A stretch of DNA of 64,000 bases from Octopus sinensis (lineage: Eukaryota): NCBI RefSeq assembly GCF_006345805.1, contig NC_043016.1, forward strand, positions 17,174,001 to 17,238,000, read 5' to 3'. This document shows, in pieces, positions 26,044 through 39,180 of this stretch. A program made the position numbers and the translations under genes. How positions within the stretch are numbered: the first letter of the stretch is position 1; each line of letters starts with the position of its first letter. The notes under the pieces are model-generated. The model saw only the letters and a list, made by a program, of their open reading frames with translations. It was not told the origin of the DNA and did not search any database.

Positions 26044-27964
26044 GTTTGCCTCCCTCGTGAAACGTTGTCATACATATCCATGAAAAGAGACAGAAAAGTT
26101 GAACTGCTTTATAGAGACATAAGCTGATTAAAAATCACAAACATTCTCACCAATATCTCCAAATTTAGAAATTTAGAAATATTTACTATTAATAAATTAC
26201 ACTTTCAGCGGCATACGTAATTCAAGTGCCATTTCCACAATATTCTGCTCGGTCTTTGATTATTTTCCCCTCATTTGTTGGTCTTTCTTTTCAAATTCAC
26301 TGGAGGCTGTATAGAACCTTATCCCTTAACGCTTCCTACGTTTTATAACCCGTCCATTTTTAACAAGTGTTATTTGCCAGGAATCTCAAAACTAATTTCA
26401 GATTTGATATTCTCTTGCTCTAAGTCATGTGTTAACACATTCAAATGTCAAAGAAACAGGAGACATTATATTCTTAGAAACACGTTGAGTGCACGTAATT
26501 AGTGAGATTCAAAATGTTTCAGAATATTACAGATGTATACTGATTGTGACATTTTTTTATGAATAATAATTCGGACAAAGTGTTTTGCAGCGATGACGTT
26601 CAGATTGCAAATAATTGATATGTCCTTAATTCGCAATTTCACAGATTAAGTATATGCAGACATGTGCAATTTATCTAATGCCAGTCACCTATAAACAGTG
26701 GAATTAGAGAAAGTAATTACTTTCTTAGAAGTAAAAAAAGAAAAGAACAAAAATTCCAGCAAAGAACCAACAAAAAAACAAAGAACCAACAAAAATCCTA
26801 TTCTTCAACTGCGAAAAATGGAATCAATGTTTCGTTGTAGATTTTCCTCTTCTCCCTCCTCTCTTCCTGCTCGTCCTTCCTCTAATCCTCATATTCATCA
26901 TTCTCTTCGTTGTGTTCCTTTATTTCATCATCATCATCATCATCGTACTTATCGTCATAATAGTCGTCATCGTCATTATCATCATTATTCCCCCCCTCAT
27001 CGTCAACAACAACAACAACAACAACAGCAACAATTCCAGTTTCCTGTTAATTTTTGGTCTGTGTTGGTTTCTTTCTTTCTTTTTGTATAAGATCCATTTC
27101 ATTCCTAATATTAACGGGCGTCGCAGTTAAATTTAATTAAATTAAATTAATCAAAAACGGTGGAAAGAAGTTGGAGGTAATGGAATTAGCAGCAGCAGCA
27201 GCGACAACAACAGCAACAACTGAGTGGGTCTGAAGAACAAGCGATGTAAGAAAGGAAAAGAGACAGTGGCCAAACAAGGGAAGCGCTATGCGGCCGGTCG
27301 CTTGACGAGATAGAAATAACAGCCAAATTTTACTCAAATCACGCTCTATTGCCTTAGATTCGACTCGCCAAAAAGGCGTGATTAGACTCTGGTGTTTCGG
27401 TTTCAACATTTTAATTATAGGGTCTGTTCAATTAGTAATTAGCCTGCTGCTAAACAACACTGGCAAGCTAAAAGTAGATCAATCACGTGCGTAATTAATA
27501 GATGTCAAAAAAAGTTTTGTTACGACTCTTAACCATCAATAATGTAGCTATTTTTGTGTCTCTGCTTCATCCATCTGACTTTCATTCTCTCTTTCCCTTT
27601 TGGTCTCTCTCTCTCTCTCTCTCTCTCTCTGGGAAATTCCAAACCTTGTGCTTCTAGCACAAAGCTAAATGAAATGCTGTCAGGAGACATTGGCCCAGGA
27701 AGGATTCCCTGAATCAAAATCAGTGCGCGAACCTCGGAACTCACGTGAGTAATTGACGTGTATCCTTCCAAGTGCATATTACTAATTCGGTAATAGAATG
27801 CAGACGGCTGGCCGGACGGATCCCTAAAACTTTCAGAACGAAAGAACAGAAAACCATGATGGTCTTCAGGAGGACATTTGTCCTTAGACGCTTCCAACTA
27901 TGGTCACCTCATTGTGTAAAATGAACGGCGCAAATCGTAGCACTCCAGCGAAGCTACACAAAGA

Positions 27965-28400
27965 AGATCGTCTCAATGCAACATGCCAGCTACTAAGAGA
28001 GATATGAAAAAGTAATGACTCTACACTCTAGAACGAAGGCGCGAAAAGTATGCAGTGATACAGATCTGGAAAATTCTAAGAGGACTTGTACCAAATTTTC
28101 ACTTTGAAAATTACACAAACAGCAGAACGTGGGCGCCGCTGTATAGTGCCAAAGATTCCAACATCGTCATCAAGATACAGGACCAGATACTGCAACAACT
28201 AGGGCTTCAAGGGCCCACAGATCTTCAATATCCTCCCCCCAAAGCCCGAGAGACCGGCATGGTATGGGTGTAGGTGTCTTTTTAAACAAAACAAGATCTC
28301 CTCCTTGAAGATGAGCCTAAACCACGGGAAGAAACACAGATGAGGGCAGCAACAGTAAAGTCCCTCATTCACCAAATGCCACATATGAAAGGTAGTTTCA
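27965..28400 (+). mobile_element. CR1-group LINE 3' fragment
   Basis: LYTLERRREKYAVIQIWKILRGLVPNF...CIVPKIP...RTRYCN..GFKGPQIFNILP, a typical CR1 ORF2 C-terminus. Confidence 0.75.
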
Positions 28401-28619
28401 AATAGTGAAGCTGAAGCAAAGCAAAGGGAGGTGCCCCAGCATGGCCGCAGTTTTCGATCTGAAACTAGTTTTATAGATATATATATATATAATATATATT
28501 ATCTATAGATATATAATAATATATATATAATATATATATAATATATATATATATAGTATATTATATATATTATATATATATATATACATACATACATTTA
28601 TATGCATACATATTTATTC

Positions 28620-28920
28620 TTTTACATGTTTCAGTCATTTGACTGCGGCATACGGAGCACCGCTTTTAGTCGAACAAATCGACCCCAAGACATATTCTTT
28701 GAAAGCCTAGTTTTTATTCTATCGGTCTTTTTTTGCCGAACCGGTAAGTTACGGGGGAGGTAAACACACCAACATCGGTTGTCAAGTGATATATATGTAT
28801 ATATATATACGACGGGCTTCTTTCAGTTCTCGTTTACCAAATCCACTCACAAGGTTATAGTAGAACACACTTGCCAATGTGCCCCGCAGTTGGACTGAAC
28901 CCGGTACCATGTGGTTGAGA
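28620..28920 (-). mobile_element. SINE A
   Basis: Reverse homology to family A. Confidence 0.8.
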
Positions 28921-29416
28921 AGTATATATTTTCACAATATATCTAGTGTAAGTCCATTGGTGTGATAGAATATAGCCAAGCAACAGTCTCTACGTTATCC
29001 AATATTTATTGAGATAAACTTCTTGGCTCTTTGGAGGACAGTTACGTGGCTTTAGTTAGGTTTGTCGCTAATCTCACAGTCACAGAAGAAAGCTTTTCAG
29101 TTCTTACGTTTTAGTGTTCAGCGTATGTGTGTGTGTGTGTCGGTTGCAATAGGTATTTGAGAACATATTTAGTAATTTAATAAGGCAACATCTATCTATC
29201 TATCTATCTCTCTATCTATCTATCTACTATCTATCTATCTATATTATCTATCTATCTATCATCTATCTATCTATCTATACGATTTGTCTGTCTGTCTGAC
29301 CTGCTGCTGCCTGCCTGCCTGCCTGCCTGCCTGTCTGTCTGTCTGTCTGTCTATCTATCACAAATGTATTTTAATAAAAAGTTTTGCACGTATTCTCAAT
29401 AAGGTTTCTTCTAAAA

Positions 29417-30400
29417 TTATTCTATGAATCCCCATTCAGCTTTGATGACTGCTTCAATGCAGGACTAGAATCGTCGACATGTCAGCACCAAATAATCCTT
29501 ATCTATTTCGGAAATCCCATGGGCAATGGCAGCCTTCAGTGAAGCTATGGCACTGTGAGGATGCTGATTAGTCTCCCTTTAAACAACACTCCAAACGTAG
29601 CTGTCCATGGAATGTTAACTGGCGTGTTTGGTTGTCATGAGCATGATGTTACATGATCATAAAGATTGTCTAACATCCATTCCTGTACGTGAACTGTGTG
29701 AGAAGATACTGGATCTTGTTGAAAAGTGTATGGCTTTCTACTGTGTGCTTCATCCATTCAAATCTTAACTGTTTCCAGCATTTAACCTATCCAGTGGCAT
29801 TAATTCTAAGATTCAGTGGAAAGATGAGAATTGGCATGACCTTCATCACTCACTATTCCTAAAGCCATAACAATTATTGCAAACCTAGTGTGCATCACTC
29901 TGAGGACATCAGAAGCATCTGTACATAGCCGTCTCTCATTTCTCTTGTTAGATTTCGGGTCTTGGTTGAAGTGTTTTTCCCATCAGAGAACCAAAGCAGG
30001 CCATGTTTGTGAGGGGTTTAAAACCTTGGCAGGGATCAAATGGGTTTCTGTGTCTTTGCAGAATTGGTCCCTCCTCAATACAAACGACTTGTATTGAATG
30101 TCTGCATGCACCATAATTCTGAGAGCAGAAGTTCTATGGTGATGGCCCTTATTGATTTTCTGGGATCCATATCAATATGGTTGGATGAGTTGCTGTTTCC
30201 TGATAGTTCTTTGAGAATGAAGTGTATCAAAGAGTGGGAGGTAAAACCCCTAAACATTCTCACGAGAGGCTTCCAATTCTATCTGAGCTTTGTATACCAA
30301 AGATCTTGCAACATATAAAATGTTGTCAGTTTTCTAAATTGTTGTTTCCCAAATACACACACATGGCAATAATGACTTTCGTTTCTTGTGTTAGTATTTT
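29417..30400 (-). mobile_element. IS630-Tc1-mariner transposase remnant, maT/DD37D-like
   Basis: Minus translation gives RKPYTFQQD..SSH, (P)MDSYVWSV (third catalytic residue D), and IEAVIKAEWGFIE*. Heavily frameshifted, so exact D-D spacing is not determinable; TIRs not found. Confidence 0.7.
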
Positions 30401-30724
30401 ATGTGCCATAAGGGGGAGCTGAAAGAAATGAAAATTAAGTGTGCTCAAATACCAATCGTACTCTTTATATAGAGGTATTTAAGTGTTTCAACTTGACAAT
30501 GTTTAACTGCACAAGTGAAATAATTAAAGCATAACGATAATTATATGCAATGAATTATGCATACTCCTAACAATTTCCTTTGTGTTCAAAATGCAACACC
30601 GAATACTTTTTATAATAACTGCTCATATTTAGATATTGGTTGACATTTTCTTCTATAAGAGGGTGGCATAAACGGAGTATGAAACTTGAGGTTACCACTT
30701 ATTATCGACCTATATATATATATT

Positions 30725-30819
<95 letters not shown>

Positions 30820-30881
30820 ATAGATAGATAGATCGATAGATAGATATAATGTATCGAGTATTCTAATATTATGTAACGTAG

Positions 30882-31220
30882 GAATGGCTGTGTGGTAAGA
30901 AGCTTGCTTCCCAACCACATGGTTCCGGGTTCAGTCCCACTGCGTTGCATCATGGGCAAGTGTCTTCTGTAGCCTCACGCCAACCAAAGCCTTGTAAGTG
31001 TATTTGGTAGACGGAAAGAATCTCGTTGTATATATGTATGTATGTATGTGTGCATTTGTTTGTCCCCCCCCCCATCCACCATCGCATAGCAACCGTTGCT
31101 AGTGTGTTTACGTCTCCGTAACATAGCGGTTTGGCAAAGAGACCGATAGAATAAGTACTAGGTTTACAAAGAATAAGTCTTGGGGCCGATATGTGGCCGC
31201 AGTCATATGACAAACAAGTA
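30882..31220 (+). mobile_element. SINE A
   Basis: Head, core and tail motifs. Confidence 0.85.
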
Positions 31221-31491
31221 TGAAAGATATATATATATAAATGTACATTATACACACACGTATATATATGTATACATATATACGGTATATATATATACGC
31301 ACCATACACACTATACACACACATATAGTATATATATATATATATATATATACATACATTAGATTTATAGATAGGTAGCTAGATATACGCACGCACACAC
31401 AGAGTACGCGTGTGTGTGTTTGTGTATTTGTGCATGTATATGTGTACGTGAATGTGTGCGTTTGAGTGTGTGTGTGTGTGTATGTGTATGT

Positions 31492-31591
<100 letters not shown>

Positions 31592-32949
31592 GAAGAGAGT
31601 AATGGAGGGTGGTGGAACAAATATACAAACTTATTTGATATTCTGAAGCAGTTGCAAGATAATCGGAGTGAACTGCGATAATTCTTTAAAATGTTATGTT
31701 ATGATCCATTTCCAGGAATTGTTAATAAAATCTTCTGAGACATTTAACAACGATGTAGATATATAACGTTTCGTTGTTGCTATACTTTTCTCTCAGATTA
31801 GCTTTGATCAGTTGCACCCAGCCATAACCATCTCGTCTTTTGTATACTAACGGTTAGATTGTATGCTTCTTTAAGTCAGATTTGATGAATATTTATTTGG
31901 CTGATGATTTTAGCAAATCGAGCGACCGCTTAGAAACTCAAATCTCTAGCTGACTCAGCCATAGGTGTGTTGAATGTGAGGGGACAAGACGCTGAAAGCG
32001 CATTGGTGGAGATAAGATCATCAAGAACAAAATATGTGTTCCGTTTTCGTTTGAAGTCACTTGGGATGTATGTTGGTGAAATAAGATCTTAGAATCTTAG
32101 AAATAGTCTGGTGTGAGAGAGAAAGCACTCGCGGGGAAGTTGATTTAAATTAAGTGAAATGTGTCATAGGCGGCACTAGTCAAGATATACTATATCTTTA
32201 TCTGTTGAAGTTCGTTACACGGAAAAGGATTTAGAAAAGCTGTTGTTTTTCCAGTGATTTAAGGATTGGCAAGAGACATACGAAACACAAGCACACACAT
32301 ACACTCCCATACGCATACACACATAGACACAACTAAATTCAACACATATAACGACGATTAAATCACATTCCATTTCAGAAGAGAAATGGACGAGAGGAAG
32401 GATAAACCGAGATCAAAGATAATTATATTTGTTCCTCTTCCTTCTTTGGGCCAACTCTCGTAGCTGCTGTGTAAAATCATTTCCAGATGTGGTCCCGATA
32501 TATATATATATCTTCAATTTTTTTTTTATCATTATGTATTTTGTTTTTTCATTCCTTACCTTCTGTTTAGTTTCTAATATTCAGCAGCCAAGGGGCCACA
32601 GGGAGCTATTTTAAAAAAGGGCCACCAGGGAGCTATTTTAAAACTGGTCTATAAACAAAGATCTAATGTTACTTCAATAGGTGGACAGATTTTAGTGCTG
32701 AGATTCGTTATTTGTTGGCACCAATTTATTTAAGGTTTAAATTAGTTCGCTGTTGTTGCGTAGCCCCTGGTCAGCCCCAACCAAACACACGTAGGACATG
32801 TAAATAATCGGTAGGAAGAGTATAATCCGCAGATCCATATCTCCGGATATTTCATATTTCCATCTAAATTCTAAAGTGCAAGAGTTAATGAGTTGCAGAG
32901 TCTGCAATCCACGACAAACACCGCTGGGAGTGTTCCCATCCCTTTACAA

Positions 32950-33165
32950 CAGGGGTGGGCAAACTACGGCCCGCGGGCCGCATGCGGCCCGCCATAGGTT
33001 TTCATGCGGCCCGCCGAGAGCTTTTATGAATCCCAACTTCTATGCAGATACTTCGTAACTGTACGGTAATTCACAATATTTTCACTTGATTTTTATAAAT
33101 GAGGCCCGCCAAGATTCCAAAGACGCACTGTGCGGCCCGCGATCAAAAAAGTTTGCCCACCCCTG
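32950..33165. mobile_element. hAT-type MITE (216 bp)
   Basis: Perfect 16-bp TIR CAGGGGTGGGCAAACT/AGTTTGCCCACCCCTG; perfect 8-bp TSD CTTTACAA (32942-32949, 33166-33173); internal GCGGCCCGC repeats. Confidence 0.95.
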
Positions 33166-34523
33166 CTTTACAATATACAATAGACGCCTGTCATGAAAGA
33201 GCAAGCAAGTCTGGCATGTACATATAAGTCTCGGGCGATTTGTCCCTCATCCACTTACCATCGACCGTATCTCAACCTCTCTCATTGGATTTTTCGCAAC
33301 AATTCGCTTGTTCTGCCGACACACGTGGTCCATCGTTTCAAGTCCATCACTGCCCCCTAAACAGTTGTATAAAGTGCAGCTGGAAAACCTAAAACATCCG
33401 TCTGAAACCGAATAGATGAATAACACGCGTATATCGTTGTCCACCATAAACCCGGTTCGGGCTTTCATACTGCATCACTGCTACCTGCGCCCTCATCTCC
33501 AAGAACATGTGCACCAGCTCTGACAACGCAAATTCCTTTTGTGTCGAATAAATGGTCGTATGATTTTTCTTCGTTGCTACCCCCTTTATTCTATCCCCTC
33601 TATTAAACTTCTATTCCCACCACTTCAAGACGAAGAAGTGGAAGAAGAGGGGAAGGAAGAAGTAAACGAGAAAAGAAATAAGCGAAGGAAGTAAAAATGA
33701 CAAGAAGCAGGTTGAAGAGAAGGAAGATGAGAAAATGAGAGTAGAGGACAGGAAGAGAGGAAAAGGAAAAGAAGTTTGGTGGAAACATGCAAGAGGAAGA
33801 AGGAAGAAAGAAACGAATAAAAGTATTTCTATTCTCTCTTTTTTGTTTAAAATGGTGATTCATTCTGAAGATGAAGTAGTTTATTCATTAAACACATACA
33901 CATAATAGTCTGTTTAGAACAGAAGGCTTTTTTTTATTGACTTCTTGTGGTTTAAACATATCAAATATTTTTTTCGCAACTTCATTTAATGCAAGATTTT
34001 TTACATTATAAAGATAAGCTAGTATTTAAAAAGTTTTACATACAAAAGTATATTATATGTTTAAACATATATGGTCTTGTGAAATTAAATTCATGGGTAC
34101 ATCACAATTTCTCAATAGTACTGAGGCAGCACAGAAATTTGTTTGTAGTTTCCTTTATTCCGAAGTAGGACAGTGTTTCACAAACATGTACATTAGTATA
34201 ATGACTTGTGGAAAGAAAAAAAGAAAAGTTTAAGCTGTCTTTGTGCAACGGTTCTCAAACTAACAAATATCAGATCAAGGCGAAAATATTGGTGAAGTTT
34301 TACCCTCCTCTTCTTTATTAATGAGAAGACGAGACAAAATTAATTGTACCCATCCATATAATTCTACTTTCTTTACCTTGGGGATGGACGAGTTTAAAAT
34401 TTTAAGCCCATATTAATTTTGTCAATCATATAAATAACAGTCAAATAAAGAAATAGGCTTAATTGAGTGTGCCCTTAATTGAGTGTGCAAAAGATTTGAA
34501 GAACGGGTACAAAGTAGAAATCG

Positions 34524-34551
<28 letters not shown>

Positions 34552-34557
<6 letters not shown>

Positions 34558-34690
34558 AATTCCGCCAATGTCAACTTTGCCTTTCATCCTTTCGGGGCCG
34601 ATTAAATATATACCAGTTGGACACTGGGGTCGATATAATCGACTAGCCTCCACTGCCCGCCAAATTTCAGGCCTTGTGCCTATAGTAGAA
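34552..34690 (+). mobile_element. 5'-truncated SINE B within (ATT)n
   Basis: Core and tail motifs; (ATT)n on both sides. Confidence 0.85.
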
Positions 34691-34715
34691 TGGATTATTA
34701 TTATTATTATTATTA

Positions 34716-34764
<49 letters not shown>

Positions 34765-35734
34765 ATTAATTTTATTATTATTATTGGTGTCGGTAAATAG
34801 TAGAAGCGGCAATGACTGATTAAAAGTGCTTAGGATTGCCTGTACATGGAAACGTAAATAGTAAAGTGCGTGTTAACATCCAAGGTACTGTAAAATAGAT
34901 TCTAATCAGCGATACAGTAGCAACTGAGGACAGTAAGGTTGGAGAATGATTAGCGAAATATTGGGGTTTTTTAATGAATGGAAACCCGAGTGACAGGGTA
35001 ACTGAGAATGACTGTCGAAAAATACAATGAAAGTGAGTGATGATAGCATGCTGGATGTAGGATTTTTAATTAATAAAAATCCCACACTATGGTTACGAAC
35101 TCTCATAATCTTAAAGATTAATTTTGTGTGTGTGTGTGAGTGGTGGGAGACAGAAGAGATATATTTCGAATTTGGCCGAAGTAATTCATTTCACTGATAT
35201 GGAACTGGCAAACTGAACAATTTTAAATCACGTGTTAGAAAATAAATACAGCTGTGATTACAATTGTCCAGGCAATTAGGGAGGGAGGTCAAATATTCTT
35301 CGTATGTTAGTCGACTCTTTCAAAACATTCTTTCTCTTTAGTAAATTGTAGCTGTTTCTACCCCCGTTTTCTCTCTCCCCAACTTTCACGAAGTCACAAT
35401 CTGTTCCGTATCAGAGTCGGCCACCTGGTCAGTCAAGACCACCAACCTTTCTTGCTCCTCACATTTCATGTTTAGCAGTATACACTGGCTGTCTATTCTT
35501 TAACGGTTCACTTGGCTTGTTTCCTTTCATCACTGACTAAACTTCCTTCTAACCACGTCACACCAGCCATGTATCATTGACTTTGTGTACACTTATGAAA
35601 TTGCTATAACCGCAACTCACATAGCCATAAGGGGCAATGAAAAGTTGTCGCCCTGACTCTCTGAGCTTCAAACACTACTCTATGCTACTCGCGAGACTTT
35701 CGTTAATAACAATTCCTGTTGCGGTAAGTATTAC

Positions 35735-36055
35735 GGTGCATGGCTCAGTGGTTAGAGCGTCGGGCTCATAGTCATGAGGTAGTGAATTCGATTCCTGGAC
35801 CGCGTTGTGTTCTTAAGCAAGACACTCTATTTCATGTTGCTCCAATTCACTCAGCTGTAGAAACGAGTTGTAACATCACTGGTGCCAAACTGTATCGGCC
35901 CCTTTGCCTTTCCCTTGCGTGGAGAGGGGAGGCTGTTATGCAAGGGTGATTGATGATTTTTCCATAACCAACCTTACCTGGACTTGTGCCTTGGGGGGGA
36001 ACTTTCTAAGTGCAGCCCCATGGTCATTCTTGACCGAAGGTGCTCTATTACCTTT
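35735..36055 (+). mobile_element. SINE C
   Basis: Homologous to 59267-59607. Confidence 0.85.
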
Positions 36056-37669
36056 TATTTCATTTCACTTTGTCAATAATTCTCATACCAATCAACCGGA
36101 TGGCCTTTCTTTGAAAGGGGCTAAAGGAGCCTGTATTAGTACTAGCCAAGATGTGAGATCAGTACACAATTGTGGGCCTCACTTGTGCTTTGTAGGCAGT
36201 TAGCTGTTGTTGGTAGCTGATGCATCTGGACATGAAGAGGAAGCAGACTCGTTGCTGTATTACGTCGTGTTCGCCAGAAGAGATCTGCATTGATTGTGAA
36301 ACCCAGTATTTCTAACGATCTTGAGGACAATTATTGCGTGTTGTTCACGTTAAGAGGGGACAAATTGTTTTATCGCCGTGAATGGATGTCTTTGAGCTCT
36401 GGAAGAAGAGAAGAATGGAGGTGTTTACTAACTTTCTGCTCATGGAATCAATGTAAATTTGGTATGAAATGACAAAATTGAATGTGGATGGTTTATGGAC
36501 ACGGAATATTAGGAAAAGAGTAACTGGAATCACCATCATCCTCTCACCATCATCGTCATCCTCATAGGAATGGACATGGTTGGAGGGGATTGCAAGTCGT
36601 TGTATAGCAGGAAGAACGTGAGAAAGAAACCGAATTTTGGGACATCCCGTAACCGACAATGTGTAGCACAGGATGAGCATCATCAGCCTATATTTTGATG
36701 GTGTAATCTAACAGAAAGCCTTCGCTGTTAGAGATTAGAAATGGATAGAACTCTTAGACAGGCAACTGAAAGCGTATAAGCATTGCACACCTACGTATAC
36801 CTCAACCCATGCAACACACTTAACTGAGTGCATGTGTGCCCATGCACATTCAAATTGAAGCATAGGCATATATGTATATGTGTGCAAATAATATATGCAA
36901 CCACTGCATATTCTTATAAATACATACAAATTCATAAAGAAACTAGAATAGGAGATGTACTAAGTTCTGGTTTATGTGTCCTGCTATGCTTGCAACTAGA
37001 TTCAGGTTAGTGGTATGACAGACAGCTGTAGTCGTTGCTCGCCAACTCATTGTTCTGAGCTATAAATTGTAACATCGGATTTCATTTTTTAAAATTCGTT
37101 TAGTCTGAGGAAAGAAGCCCGTCTTGAACAAGTGCAAGCTGTCGGTTGTAGGAATGAGATTGCACAAAGGAGAGAAGAGAATCCAGAGGACCGATGTGCA
37201 GGATTTAGATAATAGTGGACATAATACTGTTGACAAGAGGAAGAAACACGGATAAGCCGGGTGTGTCTGAGTAGAAATGGCAGAAAATACAGTTAGATTG
37301 GAAGAGCAGAAGCCACTGTTGTAGCAGAAAGAAAGAGAGAGAGAATGAGAAAGAAAGAGAGGTGGGAGACGAAATAGCTCTTGTGTGGTTTAGGGAATAA
37401 AGTATTTTGGTTTTTGTTAAGTTTAGGGATTCTCAGTGATGACGTGGCACAACATTTGTTGCGAAAAGTAGAAAAGTTCCACCGTTGCGGAACATATTAA
37501 ATCGCAGTCAAAGTTTTAACTATTTTCTTTGTCTGCTTCCAAGTAAAGGAAAATTCAGTAGCACTCGAAACGCCTGAGTAACTCCGTTACGGAAAGACGA
37601 TAGTGTCTTTAAAATAAGAAAAAAATTTGAGGAAAGTAACATAAACAAAATAAAAAAAAAAGAAATAAG

Positions 37670-38088
37670 GGATCTTTTCGGTTTGAACGGCAGTTTTTTC
37701 TAGCGGTGTCATATGAAATTGTCACCCATAATTATGACCCTAGTATCGATCTATTGCATTTCAATCTGTTTTAGGGTTAGGGTTAGGTGTAGGGAAAGGG
37801 TATCTTTTTTTCTTCACAAATGTAAATAAACCCAATCTGTTTCTTAAACGAGGGACATATTCATACAGCACAGAATGTTTTTTAACTCAATGGACGTCAT
37901 CGATTGGTTGAAATTGCAGAAATTGAAAAAAAACAAAACAGCAAATATCTTACAAACTATAGAATTTTCTCAATAAAGCCAAGAGAAAAAGATGTTTTAT
38001 AAACACATTCTACCAGTATACGAAGTTTAAAATTTTTTAGTTACCTAGAAATTATGTTAAAAAACTGCCGCTCAAACCGAAAAGATCC
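37670..38088. mobile_element. Non-autonomous TIR element, Merlin-like termini
   Basis: 29-bp TIR GGATCTTTTCGGTTTGAACGGCAGTTTTT (1 mismatch); perfect 8-bp TSD GAAATAAG. GG termini with an 8-9 bp TSD fit Merlin (inference). Confidence 0.85.
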
Positions 38089-38769
38089 GAAATAAGTAAA
38101 TAAATAAAGATTTAGTGAAGTGGTAGGGGCATGTAGTGCGAATAACTACATAGAAATTTTTCGTAGCAACTGTTTAAGAAAGGAACTGGAATTGTTTTGG
38201 AAATTGAAAGATTGAGAAAATACTGCAAACTAAACTTTGCTACACCAACATTTCTGGTTCAAAGAAGAAAACTATTGAAACCACTTTTTTTTTTTTTTTA
38301 GAAAAGGAAGTCTTTATTATGGGTTCTGGAGGGCAACCCTAAGCTTTATATTTACGTAAACCGAAATATGTTGCAAAATAGTATTTACGTGTAAGGATAA
38401 ATGGAAGGATTATTTAGGAGCTGTAGATAACTTGTGAAAAGCATCTTTGAATAATGGTAACGAGTAAAAACAAAAAAAGTAATCCAACTGAAATAGCAAT
38501 GAAGTTGAATTTAAATATTTACGTAGAAGAATAATGGAAGATGTGAGTTTTAGGATTAATGGAAGTGAAAAATCAAATCGTGTCAGTTACAGCAGTAAAC
38601 TTTAACTGTTTGGGAAGAAATAAATGACTGCAAAAGCAAACGTTTTTTTTTGTTTTGTTTGTTTGTTTGAAGAATAGAAAATTCAATTGTATTTTATGCG
38701 TGAGAATTGTGGACGCTGGATGTTGAAAATGAGAAAAAAATCATAGTCTTTGAAATATTGTGCATTTCA

Positions 38770-38919
38770 GGAATGCCTGTGAGGTAAGAAGCTTGCTTCC
38801 CAACTGCATTGTTCCGGGTTCAGTCCCACTGCGTGGCACCTGGGCAAGTGTCTTCAACTATAGCCTCAGGCCTATCAAAGCCTTGTGAATAGATTTGGTT
38901 GACGGAAACTGAAAGAAGC

Positions 38920-39008
<89 letters not shown>

Positions 39009-39180
39009 TGGGTGTGTGTGTGTGTGTTTGCGCTTGTGTTTACGTCCCCCATAACTTAGCCGTTCGGCAGAAGAGAGTGATCGAATAAGCACCATGCTTA
39101 CAGAGAATAAGTCCAGGGGTCGATTTCTTCGACTAAAAGGCGGTGCTCCAGTATGGCCACAGTCAAATGAGTGAAACATT
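38770..39180 (+). mobile_element. SINE A
   Basis: Head, (TA)n(TG)n centre, tail. Confidence 0.85.

Noticed and set aside
26698-27090. 130-aa His/Gln-rich ORF
   Set aside because: Built from (CAT)n/(CAA)n low-complexity runs, with no splice or domain support.
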